NCBI GenBank assembly: GCA_965645245.1
Contig: OZ287077.1
Coordinates: forward strand, 930,001 to 994,000
From: Massalongia carnosa
Lineage: Eukaryota
Direction: 5' to 3'
DNA: 64,000 nt
Shown here: piece after piece, positions 52,762-64,000 of the stretch
How positions within the stretch are numbered: the stretch's first letter is position 1
Layout of the letters: each line of letters opens with the position of its first letter
Notes under the pieces: generated by a model
The model's database searches: none
Seen by the model: only the letters and a program-made list of their open reading frames with translations
What the model was told of the DNA's origin: nothing
Position numbers and translations under genes: made by a program

Positions 52762-55700
52762 CTAGGCTTCGTCCGACTCGTCATCCAACACAATATGTCT
52801 CATTACACTTTTGTCGAAGAGATCGATCACAAATCGCCGGACCGGTAGACGAAAGCTGTGGCTTTCAAGTACCACCATGACTTTTCGAAAGAAGGTGGCG
52901 GAGCTGAATTTCTCCGCCGCTTTCGACTTCATCCTATCGGTGCGTAAGCAGCGGTATGCAAAATGATAATGATAGGTGTTACAAGTAAAGGTCTCCTGCT
53001 GCCCTTTTCGTGAGCACCGAATTGCCCAAATCAGCGATCAGGTTGAGTATGCGCGCATTCACCGGATCGTCCTCAGAAGTCCATTGGTCTGATGCCTTGT
53101 TCGGCTGCCGTTGCCGTCGAATAGAGTCGGATTTTGTGCCTAGGTTCATCTACGGGATATGTTAAATTTTTATGTCTTGGCTAGAGCCGATGTTTCAATA
53201 CTCACCGAAAATAGTACCCCCAGATGAGGAGGTAGACAGTAGCCAAGCGAAAGTCCGCGATCGTCGATTGCAGAAATCCACCCATGCTCAGCTAGAATCT
53301 CCATTCCATGAAGGCTTCGAGAAACAAGGCCAAGCACGAAGAACGCCGTGCCTCTCATGGTCATGACATCTGAATTCGCCGCTATTCTGACAATCCATGC
53401 TATTACGTCTGTTTCTTCAAGAAACGGGGCACCCAGGTCCATTGATCCAACATTTCCCACAGCCCATAAGCAGCCCTTGACCTTCAGCATTGTATCCTGG
53501 TCATTGGCCTCAGACCCCGATTCTCGAATGGTTGCAACAAATTCGCCAAAATGTCCAGACTCCTTTAGGAGGTTGCAGCCTTCAACTGTTCGAGTAAGCT
53601 CTCGATAGAAGTGTGGAGGTACTGTTCCATAATCATGTGGTTGCGAATTCTCGTCACTACTCCACTTGGGTCGCTCCGGTGGAACAGAAAGTGCGCGGGA
53701 CAGCGAAGCTTCAACTAGATTTACATAACTGTCATTTCGGCCCTGCGTTGCGTCAGGCAAATATGTTTTATATTATAGTGGTGGCTTACTAGAAACCAGT
53801 CGTCCATCTCTTGGGTAATGTAATCCAGGCCATCGAGATATTGGTAGCCCAAGGATGTGGAAAGAAATCTAATCGGTTAGATAATGGAGATAAGGTAATA
53901 CGTAGTAGATCATACCGAAGAAGTAATGGTGCTCCTATCTCCCCAAGGTGATCCAAAGCCGGACGGCATCTCACGACGTACTCCAAATGCGATTTTTGGT
54001 TGCAGGCTTCTTCGAGAACTTGCACGGCCGCCTCACAAACATCTACTTCGGGATCGTATAGCTGCGTCACCAGCAGTCGAATAGCCCATTCACAGCGCCT
54101 TGGCTCGTCTTTATGTGGATGCTTGCCCTGCACAGGCGTTGTCGCGTACCGGCGTAAAAGTTTAGTGGCATATATGCGAATATTCTGCAACAGTTAGCGT
54201 AATGATAATAACGCAAGATGCAACGCCGTACTTTAGCACATGCAGTAAGTCCTTTAGATAGCATTACACGGAGATGGCTATCCCTACACAAGGTCAGTTT
54301 AGAAAGACCTTGCACCGTGGGGTGGCTTACAAGGAAAAGTCCATGTTACCAAGCAAGGCTTGAATGAGATCATCACGACCTTTTAAATCCATGATGTGGT
54401 AAAACATATTAATCATTCGCCAACGCTCAATAATATGGAGCCCATTTTGATCGCCGCTAAGAGCACCAAGAAGTGCGAAGTAGCCTCCAGTCAAGGTTTC
54501 CGAAAGTCGATATGGCGAGAACAGAGGCGATGTTGACGCCAGACCACTCATCTGCGAGCGCATATGTTAGAAATATCGAATATATTTAAAGATGGGTTAC
54601 AAATTTTTGTTTGCTCCTCACGACGGGTGCTTTGAACAATTGGAAAGTAGGAATATCCTACCGTGTCAACTTGAGCGAGGCACTCAGCCAATTGTCTCAG
54701 GAGCTTGCTCTCAGTGAGATACCCAATTCCTTCAGAACTGTGCAGTAAGGTCTTAAGAAGTGCGCGGCCTGCCCGTACATACCGCTGATTAGGCTTCGTA
54801 TTCCTAGCATCCGAGAATCTGTACTTGAAAGGCCGATAAAACCCGATGAGTCGTTTTAAAAACTTAGAGGCTCTGATCGCTTCTTCTAACCGTCGTGGAT
54901 TTAGCAGTGGCCCTTCCAGAAGATCATTGATAAGATCCCATCTCCATTTCAGGTAATTTGCAGTAGCAAGGACCTGCGTCTCGAGTAGTAGAGATCGAAA
55001 TTGGAGATCATCAATCTCAGAGCTTATTTTTGGCCTGATAGTATCAGCTGGTCGTGACGACAGGGTGTATTCTTGCGGTCTAGTAGACGCTGCTGGTTGT
55101 GTTTTCGAGACTAGCCCAGATCGATGAAGAGTGCGATTAACACTATCGATCTGGTAGATCATGGCAGATGCAAGTGGAAAACTCTGAATCTCCCCTTGCG
55201 ATGCCGATTTCAGTAGAGTCGGCATAACCTGGACGTTGGCGCTCACGATGCTGTTAAGTAAATCGTTTGCAAGTTTCATTACTTCACCGAGGAGTAGGGT
55301 AGCCTTTCGCTTTAGAGTAGTATCGGAGGCATCCTCAACAAGATCGGACAAGGCCTAGAATATTTTAGTTCCGACTTGCATAGGTGAGTTAATAGGAAAC
55401 TACCTTGAGCATGCCACATTCAATGAATATAGCCAGGAGCAAAGTCGTAAAATGATCGGTAAGACTGAAGTTGCAGCTATGCTCGTCATGATCGAGTTTA
55501 ATGCCTTGAGTATAACTCTCGGTCTTCAGATTTGCAACACGACCATATGTGGTCAATCTTCGACCTGCCAAATATGATGACGTCCATGATGGAGGTGTGA
55601 TATGCAGAACATCAAACAACAGGTCCAAGATTAGCTCCCGTGCAAAAGGGACAGGATAGTACAAGGACAGCATTAAAGAGGTGATGGCAGCAAATTTACC

Positions 55701-57131
55701 CCTGGATAACCCAAAAATTCCTGGCCACGTCTTCAAGACTGCGGCAATCAGCCTTGCATTCGACTTTAATTTCTCTTCATGCCCATGCACAATTATAGGG
55801 TCCGTGAACGGAGTAAACACTGCTTCCAATTCATGCCCTGACTCAAGATATTGCCGTTGCTGAGGGTTATCAAGTAAGTGTAAAAATGCAATTGCCATTG
55901 TGTCGAATCCGTGATAGTTGCCCTCCACAAACGTGGTTGCAAGTGGTGCAATTGCTCCAGCAGAGACGGCTGTTGAAGGATCTCGAATGAGCAGTTCGGA
56001 AATGGTCAAAATTGCCATGCTTCTGAGCCGATCATCATGATGCTCTGCAATGGAAACGACAGTACATATTACTCCGTTTGAAAGCTCGTGTACTCCTTCC
56101 TTGACATCTAAGAATGCTCGTACAAATTTGAGAGCCTGTTCTCGCTCAATACTAGCTTTGCTTTCCTTGACCAGCGATAAGATTACTAAATCGTCTGTGT
56201 TTAGCCCTCGTATGAGCTGGAGCGATCTGCGATCTGCGATCGCGTGTCTTGTCACTCGATATCCAGCTGCTACAACCTCTCTACTTTCGCTAAGGAGCAT
56301 AGTCTGAACACGTAGTCCAAAGATTGGCCAGGCTAGATCATACTTCAGAGTTGGATATCGTTTAAAAAGTTCCACAAGGTTGTTAGCCCTCTCGACATAG
56401 TAATCTGGTTGCATGCCTTCAAGCTCAAGGGCTTGTAGGATCTCTGCAAGAATGTACGTTGGCGACTCCGATTCGAGATCATCGGCATAGTGTTCCTGTT
56501 CCAAAATTTCTTGAATGCGTGCTGGAGATTTCAAAGGGCTTCCTTGGAACAGTCCAGACAGGCGACTTCTGTTGGGTGTACTAGGACGATTGGCTCGATC
56601 AACCTCGATTTCAAGCTGAGACTTGAGCTCCACGATTTTACGATTGGAAGAACTTAACTCCGACTCGACTTTGAGTCTCTGTTCTTTGGTTTGTTTGGCA
56701 TTCTTCGAGATTAGCGCTTCCAGCAGATTCTCGGACCCGATTTTGATTTTCGTCTCTTTGTTGATTTTATCTCGAAGATCAATTTGTCGCTGCTCCGACG
56801 TCGTAGTATTTTCTAGGTTAGCATAATCTCCACCTGTGAAGCCGCCAAAATCTGCTCTTGGTGTGCCTATCCGGGAAACGGTCGCACTTTTCAGATCGGA
56901 GCTAAAGCTCCCCGGGGGGGGCGCTTGTGCCAAAGATGAACCTCTTGGGCCAAATGCGACTGATATATTCGACAGCGAGCGACCATCTCTTCCTTCCCTC
57001 GCCGGAGGATGGAGCCCCTCCTTGGGCCCATATTTATCGCCACCACCTTGATTCGACATCGAACGCCCATGACGGGCTAAAAGGCTTTGTGTGGGTGTCA
57101 CCGATGTCCCCGTCCCGATTGATGATGTCAT
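52762..57131 (-). CDS. AVO3: TORC2 subunit Rictor/Avo3/Ste20 (multi-exon)
   Basis: HR1-like KETKIKIGSENLLEAL, EREQALKFVRAF, FYRPFKYRFS, LVTQLYDPEVDVC, KGCLWAVGNVGS, RGTAFFVLGL, FRLPVRRFVIDLFD. Confidence 0.95.
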
Positions 57132-58306
57132 GACCTCCCATTCACATTGAAGTGATCAACCTGCGCCGTATTGATGGAATATGTCCTTCATCTGGGACGG
57201 CCATTGATGTACCATCAACATCCCCTTCCAGCCAGCATAGTCCAAAGTCGATTATGTTCCTTTGATGATTCGGTACACAGCTGTCAGCGATTCAACATGC
57301 GACCAGAATCAAGCCATGCGCATAATTAAAGAACGGATGGAATGATACCAGATACACAGCCGGGCCAGCTGAGGATACGCATTCGGTTTTATAATCTAAT
57401 TGTGGCTCCGAAGTGACTGTGACATGTTTGGAACAGCTTGAAATAGCTTTGAGTGCAATGCTCAGACGTGATTGTTTGGTATTTATCTAGCCATTAGCGC
57501 AGAGTACTTGGCTCTGTCTAGTGACTATGCGTCTTGAAATGCCAAGATCCAGTTTTCCATAGTAAACAAACACACCCCCACTATTTGAACTTCATATTGT
57601 CAAGACTCCATCTTACAAGGTTCTATACTCTTTATTTTCCATATGTTCATCTGCTGCTGTGAGGCAATACCTATCGCTGCTTCATCTAATGCTTACGTGC
57701 TGACTTCGTGCCTAATCCCATTCTTTTTCACCAATAATCGCCATCATTCCTCTTCTTCCCTCTTCCGCTCCTCAACCCGTTCAATTCTCGACGCAATGAA
57801 TCGTTTTTGAGCTTCTCAGAAAGCAAAGTGCGAAGTACTCCTAATGCTCGCGATAATTCTCGTAATTCGAAAATACACAGACACCTACAACAAAATGCCC
57901 TGTATGAATTTCCACACCTCTATGATGAGGTCGAATGGAGATACCATATGAAGCAAACAAATAATCAATTCAATTTTATTTCATCTTCATATCTTAGCCA
58001 TCCAAACAATGCTATGAGAAATGAAAACTAGTTAAATGAAAACATCACATGGTGGAAGAAAACCCACTACCGAACGGGGCCTTATATTTTTGCATGTGAG
58101 GAAATAAATCTCACTTACAAGTTAAATATTCGCAATTGCCTTTTCTGTTCCTTTTACCGAAATAAGTCTCAGCCAATCACACTCTATTAGTGTACCTATA
58201 TATTTTTGCTCACTTGTCTATTTCACTCAAGAAGCAGAAAATCTTTTATTTAAATTGATTGACTCTAAATCTTGACTTCGTCAACTTCTATTTTCCTATC
58301 AGGCTC

Positions 58307-59827
58307 ATGGCTGCTGTTGCATCCTCGCCTCAGAATTCACCTTTCGGGAGGCGTACAAGGCGCTCACCCAAAGTTCAAGAGCTACAACGTGCCCCCAACT
58401 ATGTGGATATCTACACTGGCTCGCCTCTGGGTCAGTTCCTAAGTTTTGGAAGCGAATCTCAGTCTTCTGGCCAGGCGCAGCTCTTAAGTCAGTCTCAGTC
58501 TCAGGGTTATTCTCATGCGCACCCACAGCATCTACCACGATGGCAAGGTCCCAGGGGTTTTGGCGCCCAACACATCAATGACCATATTCCATTTTCCCTT
58601 TGGAGCGAAGACAAGCAGGATTTTAGGGGCGCTACTTCTCCGGAGAAGAGATACATTCAGGAAAAATACGGTGCAGAAAGGCTTGAGTTCCACGGCTACC
58701 TCATAGTCATCGAAACCTCCAACCCGCCAAAACCAGTTCCACTAACCGTCGCCGGTACCCCAGCCATTTTTGTTCCTCCTGGCCAGAGGAGAAAGTTTAT
58801 GTGCGGATCAACCCCATATCCCAACCCTCGACTTCCAGATCCGTGTCCACACCTTAGTTGGAAAAGAATGGAGACACCCCAAAAGTCGCAGATGGCAGAT
58901 ATTATCAATACGCTCATAGAACTAGCAAACATCCGAAGAGTAAATTTTTTGCCGGCTTCAATTGTGGTCGAAATTGCCTATGGAGACGGGCGTGTCTATC
59001 CGAGCGCGACTTTGCCAGGTATTGTGGCCGGTCTTTCAACCACATATCATCACGACGCCATTCCGTTCTTCAGCTCCATGAGAGACCATACACGCGAGCG
59101 CTTGCTAGACCCATGTCAATATCTTCCGGGGTCTCGCATTGGCTCACTTGCTCAAGATGGTACTAATTACCTCCGAGAGCCTTCTTGGGGTGTCCTCAGC
59201 CCAGGAGTAAGGGTGTCAACTGGCTTCTCTACTAGTTCTGGGATGTGTGCCGAGGCCGTTCAGTCCACTACATGTGGTATTCGTCTGCGAAAGGGGGCTT
59301 CTGAGTATGTCTCCGTTGCCAATCACGGATTTCTGGCAAACAACGAGGTATTCCACCCAGCACCTGACGGCGACAAAATTGGAGATATTGTAGACAGGTA
59401 CCCAGAGCTTGACATTGCGATGGTCCAGCTTACTCCAGCCCATTCTAGCAGGTTTTCTAATCAGATGTATTTTCAAGCAGAGCCACCACAACGACTGGTC
59501 GAAATGTGTGACCTAGTCCGAGGCACGTGGTTTGAAGTGGACGGTATGAGCACAGGCCTGGTTTCATTTCTATACATGATCGATGCATGGGAAAAGCCTA
59601 TTAGACCACCTGGACATCCCGAAATTCCTGTTCTTCAGTGGAAGCGGAACAACGTTCTTCGAATTTTTGGAGCGTCCAACCCAGAATTAATGGACGGACT
59701 TTGTGGAGCACCATTCGTTGAGATAGGGACTGGCAACGTTGCTGGCTTTTTCCATTTGGCAAATGGGGATTGGGCCGAGTGTGCTGCGTTAGACGACCTC
59801 ATCGCAGAGAGATGGGAAGTCGCATAA
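58307..59827 (+). CDS. Intronless 506-aa protein with a putative chymotrypsin-fold peptidase domain and a Cys nucleophile
   Basis: Long intact ORF; STTCGIRL..VSVANHGF (His), ELDIAMVQL (Asp), DGLCGAPFV..VAGFFH (Cys); CCAAT near 58173 and a TATA-like sequence near 58197 upstream. Confidence 0.75.
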   Translation: MAAVASSPQNSPFGRRTRRSPKVQELQRAPNYVDIYTGSPLGQFLSFGSESQSSGQAQLLSQSQSQGYSHAHPQHLPRWQGPRGFGAQHINDHIPFSLWSEDKQDFRGATSPEKRYIQEKYGAERLEFHGYLIVIETSNPPKPVPLTVAGTPAIFVPPGQRRKFMCGSTPYPNPRLPDPCPHLSWKRMETPQKSQMADIINTLIELANIRRVNFLPASIVVEIAYGDGRVYPSATLPGIVAGLSTTYHHDAIPFFSSMRDHTRERLLDPCQYLPGSRIGSLAQDGTNYLREPSWGVLSPGVRVSTGFSTSSGMCAEAVQSTTCGIRLRKGASEYVSVANHGFLANNEVFHPAPDGDKIGDIVDRYPELDIAMVQLTPAHSSRFSNQMYFQAEPPQRLVEMCDLVRGTWFEVDGMSTGLVSFLYMIDAWEKPIRPPGHPEIPVLQWKRNNVLRIFGASNPELMDGLCGAPFVEIGTGNVAGFFHLANGDWAECAALDDLIAERWEVA

Positions 59828-60623
59828 TACGATGGTGAAGTAGAGTAGTCTGAGAACGAATCTTTAGATGGGAGATGGACATAATGACTAGGGACGTTGG
59901 ATGCTTATAGTTTCAGGCTTCTACTGGGAGGTTTTTGGGGAGTATTCCTCTAGCTCTTGATTTCTCGAAGGGAAAAATCCACAATGGAATGTATATACTA
60001 TTTGAAATTATCGAAGCCAGTGATCATATACATGTCCCGTGTCAACCATCACGAACACAAAATAATTTACATATGTGCCTTGTTTCGTGACTGCATGAGT
60101 AAAGTAGTTCAGGATTAGGTGTCATGAGGGTATCATGAGGTTAAAGCTTTTCCGAAAAGGGTGAGACCAACATATATCCGTCGACTCTAGAAGATTTTCC
60201 CAATTGTACAAGAGATAGAGAGGAAGAGCCGGCCTTTTTCAACACTACCTAGGTACGTGGGTTACAGGTATGATTTGAATTTGGCATCACCCAGGTGAAG
60301 TGCCATATCACCCCTGATGCACCGGTCACCCGCTGAAGCCGTCTCTAGGAGAACTCTAGCTTATTTATATTAACAAGATGTAGATACGGTAGGATATTTA
60401 TGCAGACAGGTGATAGGTAAGTAATTACATACCATAGCCACCTAAGTATGTGGGCAGATTGCTCTATATCTATCCTCTACTGCTAGGCTAGTCTGAGACA
60501 TGACATCATATTTTATGGCCCTTGGTGCCTTTGTGTCATGTAGCTGCCTCTTCTTTCTGAATGATAACGCTTTTACCTATTGGAAATCTTTGCCTCCAAG
60601 TCGCTCATGAGGCTACCATTTGC

Positions 60624-60812
60624 CCGGCTCCTGCCGAAAGGCGCAGGATCGGTGCATACTCAAGATGTTCTTTAGCATTCTTAGGTGGCAGAGGTTTGAT
60701 GCCCGGCATCGGAGTCCGCCGACAACAAGAAGTGAATGAATAAGTCGATTAGGCATTCACCTCGAGACAACCTATGTTTAAGTTATCGTGGAGTCTCCTT
60801 AAGATAGATAAC
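60624..60812 (+). promoter_or_regulatory. Two UaY-type CGG-N6-CCG sites (60625-36; full TCGG-N6-CCGA at 60709-22) and clustered GATA sites upstream of uricase
   Basis: TCGGagtccgCCGA matches the Aspergillus UaY consensus; TTATC, AGATAG and AGATAA lie at ~60783-60812. Confidence 0.75.
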
Positions 60813-60879
60813 CATAAAGCCTCGAAGGTGATCATAGCTCCTTTTCTCAATTTCCAGGCTTTGTGAATACTCATTCAAG

Positions 60880-61880
60880 ATGGCTCGGCTTTCATCTGCT
60901 CGTTATGGCAAGGACAACATCCGGGTCTACAAGGTTCACCGTGATGTCCAGAGTGGGACACAAACCGTGGTCGAGATGACGGTCTGCGTAATTCTCGAAG
61001 GGGATATTGACATGTCGTAAGAATTTCTAAGGAATTTCAAGGAAGATTACTGTCTAGAGCCTTAAAGTAACGCAGATCAGATACACAGCAGCTGACAATA
61101 GCGTCATTGTTCCTACAGACACAATCAAGAATACAGTCTACATACTAGCAAAGCAGCATCCTGTCACGCCTCCTGAGCTGTTTGGAGCTGTCCTAGCTAC
61201 CCATTTCGTCAAAACCTACTCCCATATCCACAGAGCCAACGCTAGAGTTGTCACTCACCGATGGACACGTATCACAGTTGACGGCAATCTCCATCCACAT
61301 GCATTCATGCAAGACGGTGTGGAGACCCGGAGTGTCGAAGCCACAGCGAACAAAAACGAAGGGATCGATATTCGATCTGCTATAGCAGGGCTCTTGGTGC
61401 TTAAAAGTACTGGCTCCGCGTTTCATAGTTTCATTCAAGATGAGTATACTACACTACCAGAAGTCAACGACAGAATCCTTAGCACGGACGTCGATTGTGG
61501 TTGGGTCTGGAATACATTTGGTGCAGTCGCAGACGTGGAATTATCAATTCTTCAGTTCGATGATGCATGGAATGCTGCGCGAAAAATTACCCTTGATACG
61601 TTTGCTACAGATAATAGCGCAAGCGTTCAGAACACCATGTACAAGATGTGTGAGCAGATTCTTGCAGCTGTCCCTACTGTCAAAACGGTTGACTATTCGC
61701 TGCCTAACAAACATTACTTTGAAATTGGTATGTTGTCAGACCAAGAGATGTAACGGCAGGGCTGATGTATGCGCAGATCTAAGCTGGCATAAGGGTCTTA
61801 AGAACATGGGGGAAGATGCAGAGGTGTATGCACCACAATCAAATCCCAACGGTCTCATTAAATGCACCGTTTCTCGATAA
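60880..61880 (+). CDS. uaZ: Urate oxidase (uricase); introns 61017-61080 and 61728-61776
   Basis: ARYGKDNIRVYKV, DNSVIVPTDTIKNT, HPHAF, VLKSTGSAF, SASVQNTMYKM, YSLPNKHYFEIDLSWH. Confidence 0.97.
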
Positions 61881-62061
61881 GGGTACATAGATAGGAGCCA
61901 TCAATTGCTACTTGATAGGGCTGGTCTCAAGCGATATTCTAGATGAAAAACCATAGAGACACGCGCACTTGCAACGAAAAGAGTGATCTGATACACTTTC
62001 AAGCTCTACACTCATTCGCCAATCATAACGCCATGTGAATGCCTTCAAATGCGTTTGAATG

Positions 62062-62836
62062 CTATATTGACTTCGCCTCTACAATCTCTGCTTTCATCTC
62101 GGGCACATCATTTACCCTTGTCCTCCCATCAAACTTGATCAGATTCTGCTTGTATGGATGCGCAGCCCCTTCAAACACTAGTCACCATATGTTAGCTACG
62201 TTTTCAGCGCAGACCATTTTCGTTCCCATCTCCTAAGGAATGCTCCTTCTCCTCCCCCGGGCCCCCCCTCCCTCCTCGGCTCACCTAGAATCATCAACCG
62301 CCTCTCCAATTGCCCCTTTAGAAAGAAACCGCCCTCTCACCTTTTAACCTCTCCAACATTGGAGCCCTCAACCGATTCTTCGGCAACATGCCTCTAACCG
62401 CCCTCTTCAGCACCTCCCCCCCCCCCCACTTGCTCATCAACGCTCCCATGTTGGCGCTCTTCAGCGCCCCGGGCCTGGTCGTCTGCTTGTAGTACAGCTT
62501 CTGCTGCATCTTGCGGCCCGTGACGAGCAGATCGGTGCACCCGGTAGCCACGACGTAGTCGCCGCAGTCAGTGGATGGGTCCCAGATGGGCTTGTGCTTC
62601 CCCATAAGGAGGACCGCGATGCGGGACGCGACACGACCGAGCGGGGGGGACGAAAGGGAGGAAAGGGAGACGTGGTGCCAGGTTCGGGAGTAGGCTAGGC
62701 GGGTCTGTTTGAGGAAAGGAAGTTAAAACTTCGGAGGGAGAGAGGGGACGGGTATAAAGGGAATCGAATAAGTTTTAGGGAAAGGCAGGAGGAGGGGAGG
62801 GATTAGTTCTCTTACTCGGCCTATGTTTTGCGACAT
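62062..62836 (-). CDS. MRPL23: Mitochondrial ribosomal protein uL13m (3 exons)
   Basis: MSQNIGRTRLAYSRTWHHV, LGRVASRIAVLLMGKHKPIWDPSTDCGDYVV, AVRGMLPKNRLR, VFEGAAHPYKQN. Confidence 0.93.
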
Positions 62837-63145
62837 CTTTGGGTGGGGGGATTCTTCGGTTGAGTTACTTATAGCTGCATTGGCGGAGGGTGGAGATAGG
62901 GTGCGTAATGATTGCTCGGTTCAGGATTCGAAGATATCTGAGAGAAGAGTACCTAAATCCCGTTGAATCTAGTACACGCCGTACTAGAGCTCTTAATGAT
63001 GATGCGCAGGCGCACGGGCAAGGAAGAAAATACATACCAGTCCTCGGGTCGGAGAAACCTTAGTTACCCCCAAACCATGTTCGTCCTCCCCGCCAAATTA
63101 CTTTTTTTTAAAGATTTACCCCCGCCCTTCTCCCCCTTCTCTGCT

Positions 63146-64000
63146 ATGAGCGTGCTGCTCCTCAAACGAGCCACCTACGCCACCAGCATTGCCAGTATAT
63201 CCACTGCCATTATCTACCACCAACTCTCGCCGAAGACGTCCACGCCGGAGACCGCGGGAGGAATGATTCTACCCACCTACCAAGCCACCTTTTCCGTTCC
63301 CCTATCCTGCGGTTCCTGCGTCAGTGATATCTCCACCGCGCTATCGGCTCTGCCCGGTATATATACCTTTCTCATCCCCCCCCCCCCCAAAACCCGGGCA
63401 TGGCACTCCTACAACATTCACTTTTAAAACTAGATGATGGATTTGTGAACATAACGGTCTTAGTCTATGGTTATGAGCAAGAATCTTTGCTTTAATATTA
63501 ACTAACCCCCTCCTTTCCAAAATTTATAGGCGTCCATTCAACCTCCTTCTCCATCCCCTCCCAAATTGTCACCACCACAGGCACTGCAGCCCCCTCATCA
63601 ATAATAACTGCCATCCAATCTACCGGCCGCCCTGCCATTGTCCGCGGCTCCGGCGCTCCAAACTGTATTTTCCCATCTCCTTCCCTTTCCCTCCACAACA
63701 ACCCAAAAACCCTATTCATTTTCCCCTGTCCACCTCCCTCTTCTAAAATGCCCAAATAAAGTCCCTCGCTAAGTTCTTAAAAATTTTAGCCGCAGCTGTA
63801 ACAATCCTTGAACAATCACCCTCCCCCAACCTCAACGCTAATTCCTCGTCCTCGCCCTCGTCCTCATCCCCAATCCACGGCCTCATCCGCCTCATCCAAC
63901 TCTCTCCTAACCGCTCCCTCATCGACGTTTCCCTCTCCCAGCTCCCGCCCGGCACATACGCCGCCACGCTGCGGCAGAGCGGCGACATCTCGCGCGGGGC
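63146..64000 (+). CDS. CCS1: Copper chaperone for SOD1, truncated by the right edge of the window
   Basis: HMA domain ATFSVPLSCGSC; GTAAPSSIITAIQSTGRPAIVRGSG; AAVTILE..IHGLIRLIQL..PGTYAATLRQSGDISRG. Confidence 0.9.

Noticed and set aside
57797..58031. Small ORF upstream of the putative protease as a partner or substrate gene
   Set aside because: Its ATG is followed by an early stop, the region is AT-rich and there is no motif; no partner gene can be supported.

Overview
This is a gene-dense, intron-containing segment from a filamentous ascomycete (Pezizomycotina; inferred from gene content and GT..CTRAC..YAG introns). Conserved genes: SNF8/VPS22, eIF3c, YAK1, RAD26/CSB, a small membrane protein, eIF3l, a nitrilase, an RRM protein, a CDH-cytochrome/cytochrome b561 protein, AAR2, RPS14, TYR1, a CrgA-like RING-LON protein, RICTOR/AVO3, uricase, mitochondrial uL13 and CCS1 (truncated by the window end). 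Mobile DNA: three pogo/Fot1-type and two Tc1-type DNA transposons (all defective) and two near-identical ~510-bp LINE 3' fragments, each with its own 15-bp TSD. Most interesting: (1) an intronless chymotrypsin-fold ORF with an apparent His-Asp-Cys (3C-like) triad; (2) the first TYR1 intron carries an snR13-type C/D snoRNA inside an extra set of splice signals (nested intron or zero-length exon); (3) a pogo element inserted in the TIR of a related pogo element 120 bp upstream of the eIF3c start; (4) two independent LINE insertions truncated at almost the same nucleotide; (5) a TIR motif expanded into a perfect 12 x 17-bp array. All family assignments come from reading motifs by eye, not from database searches.
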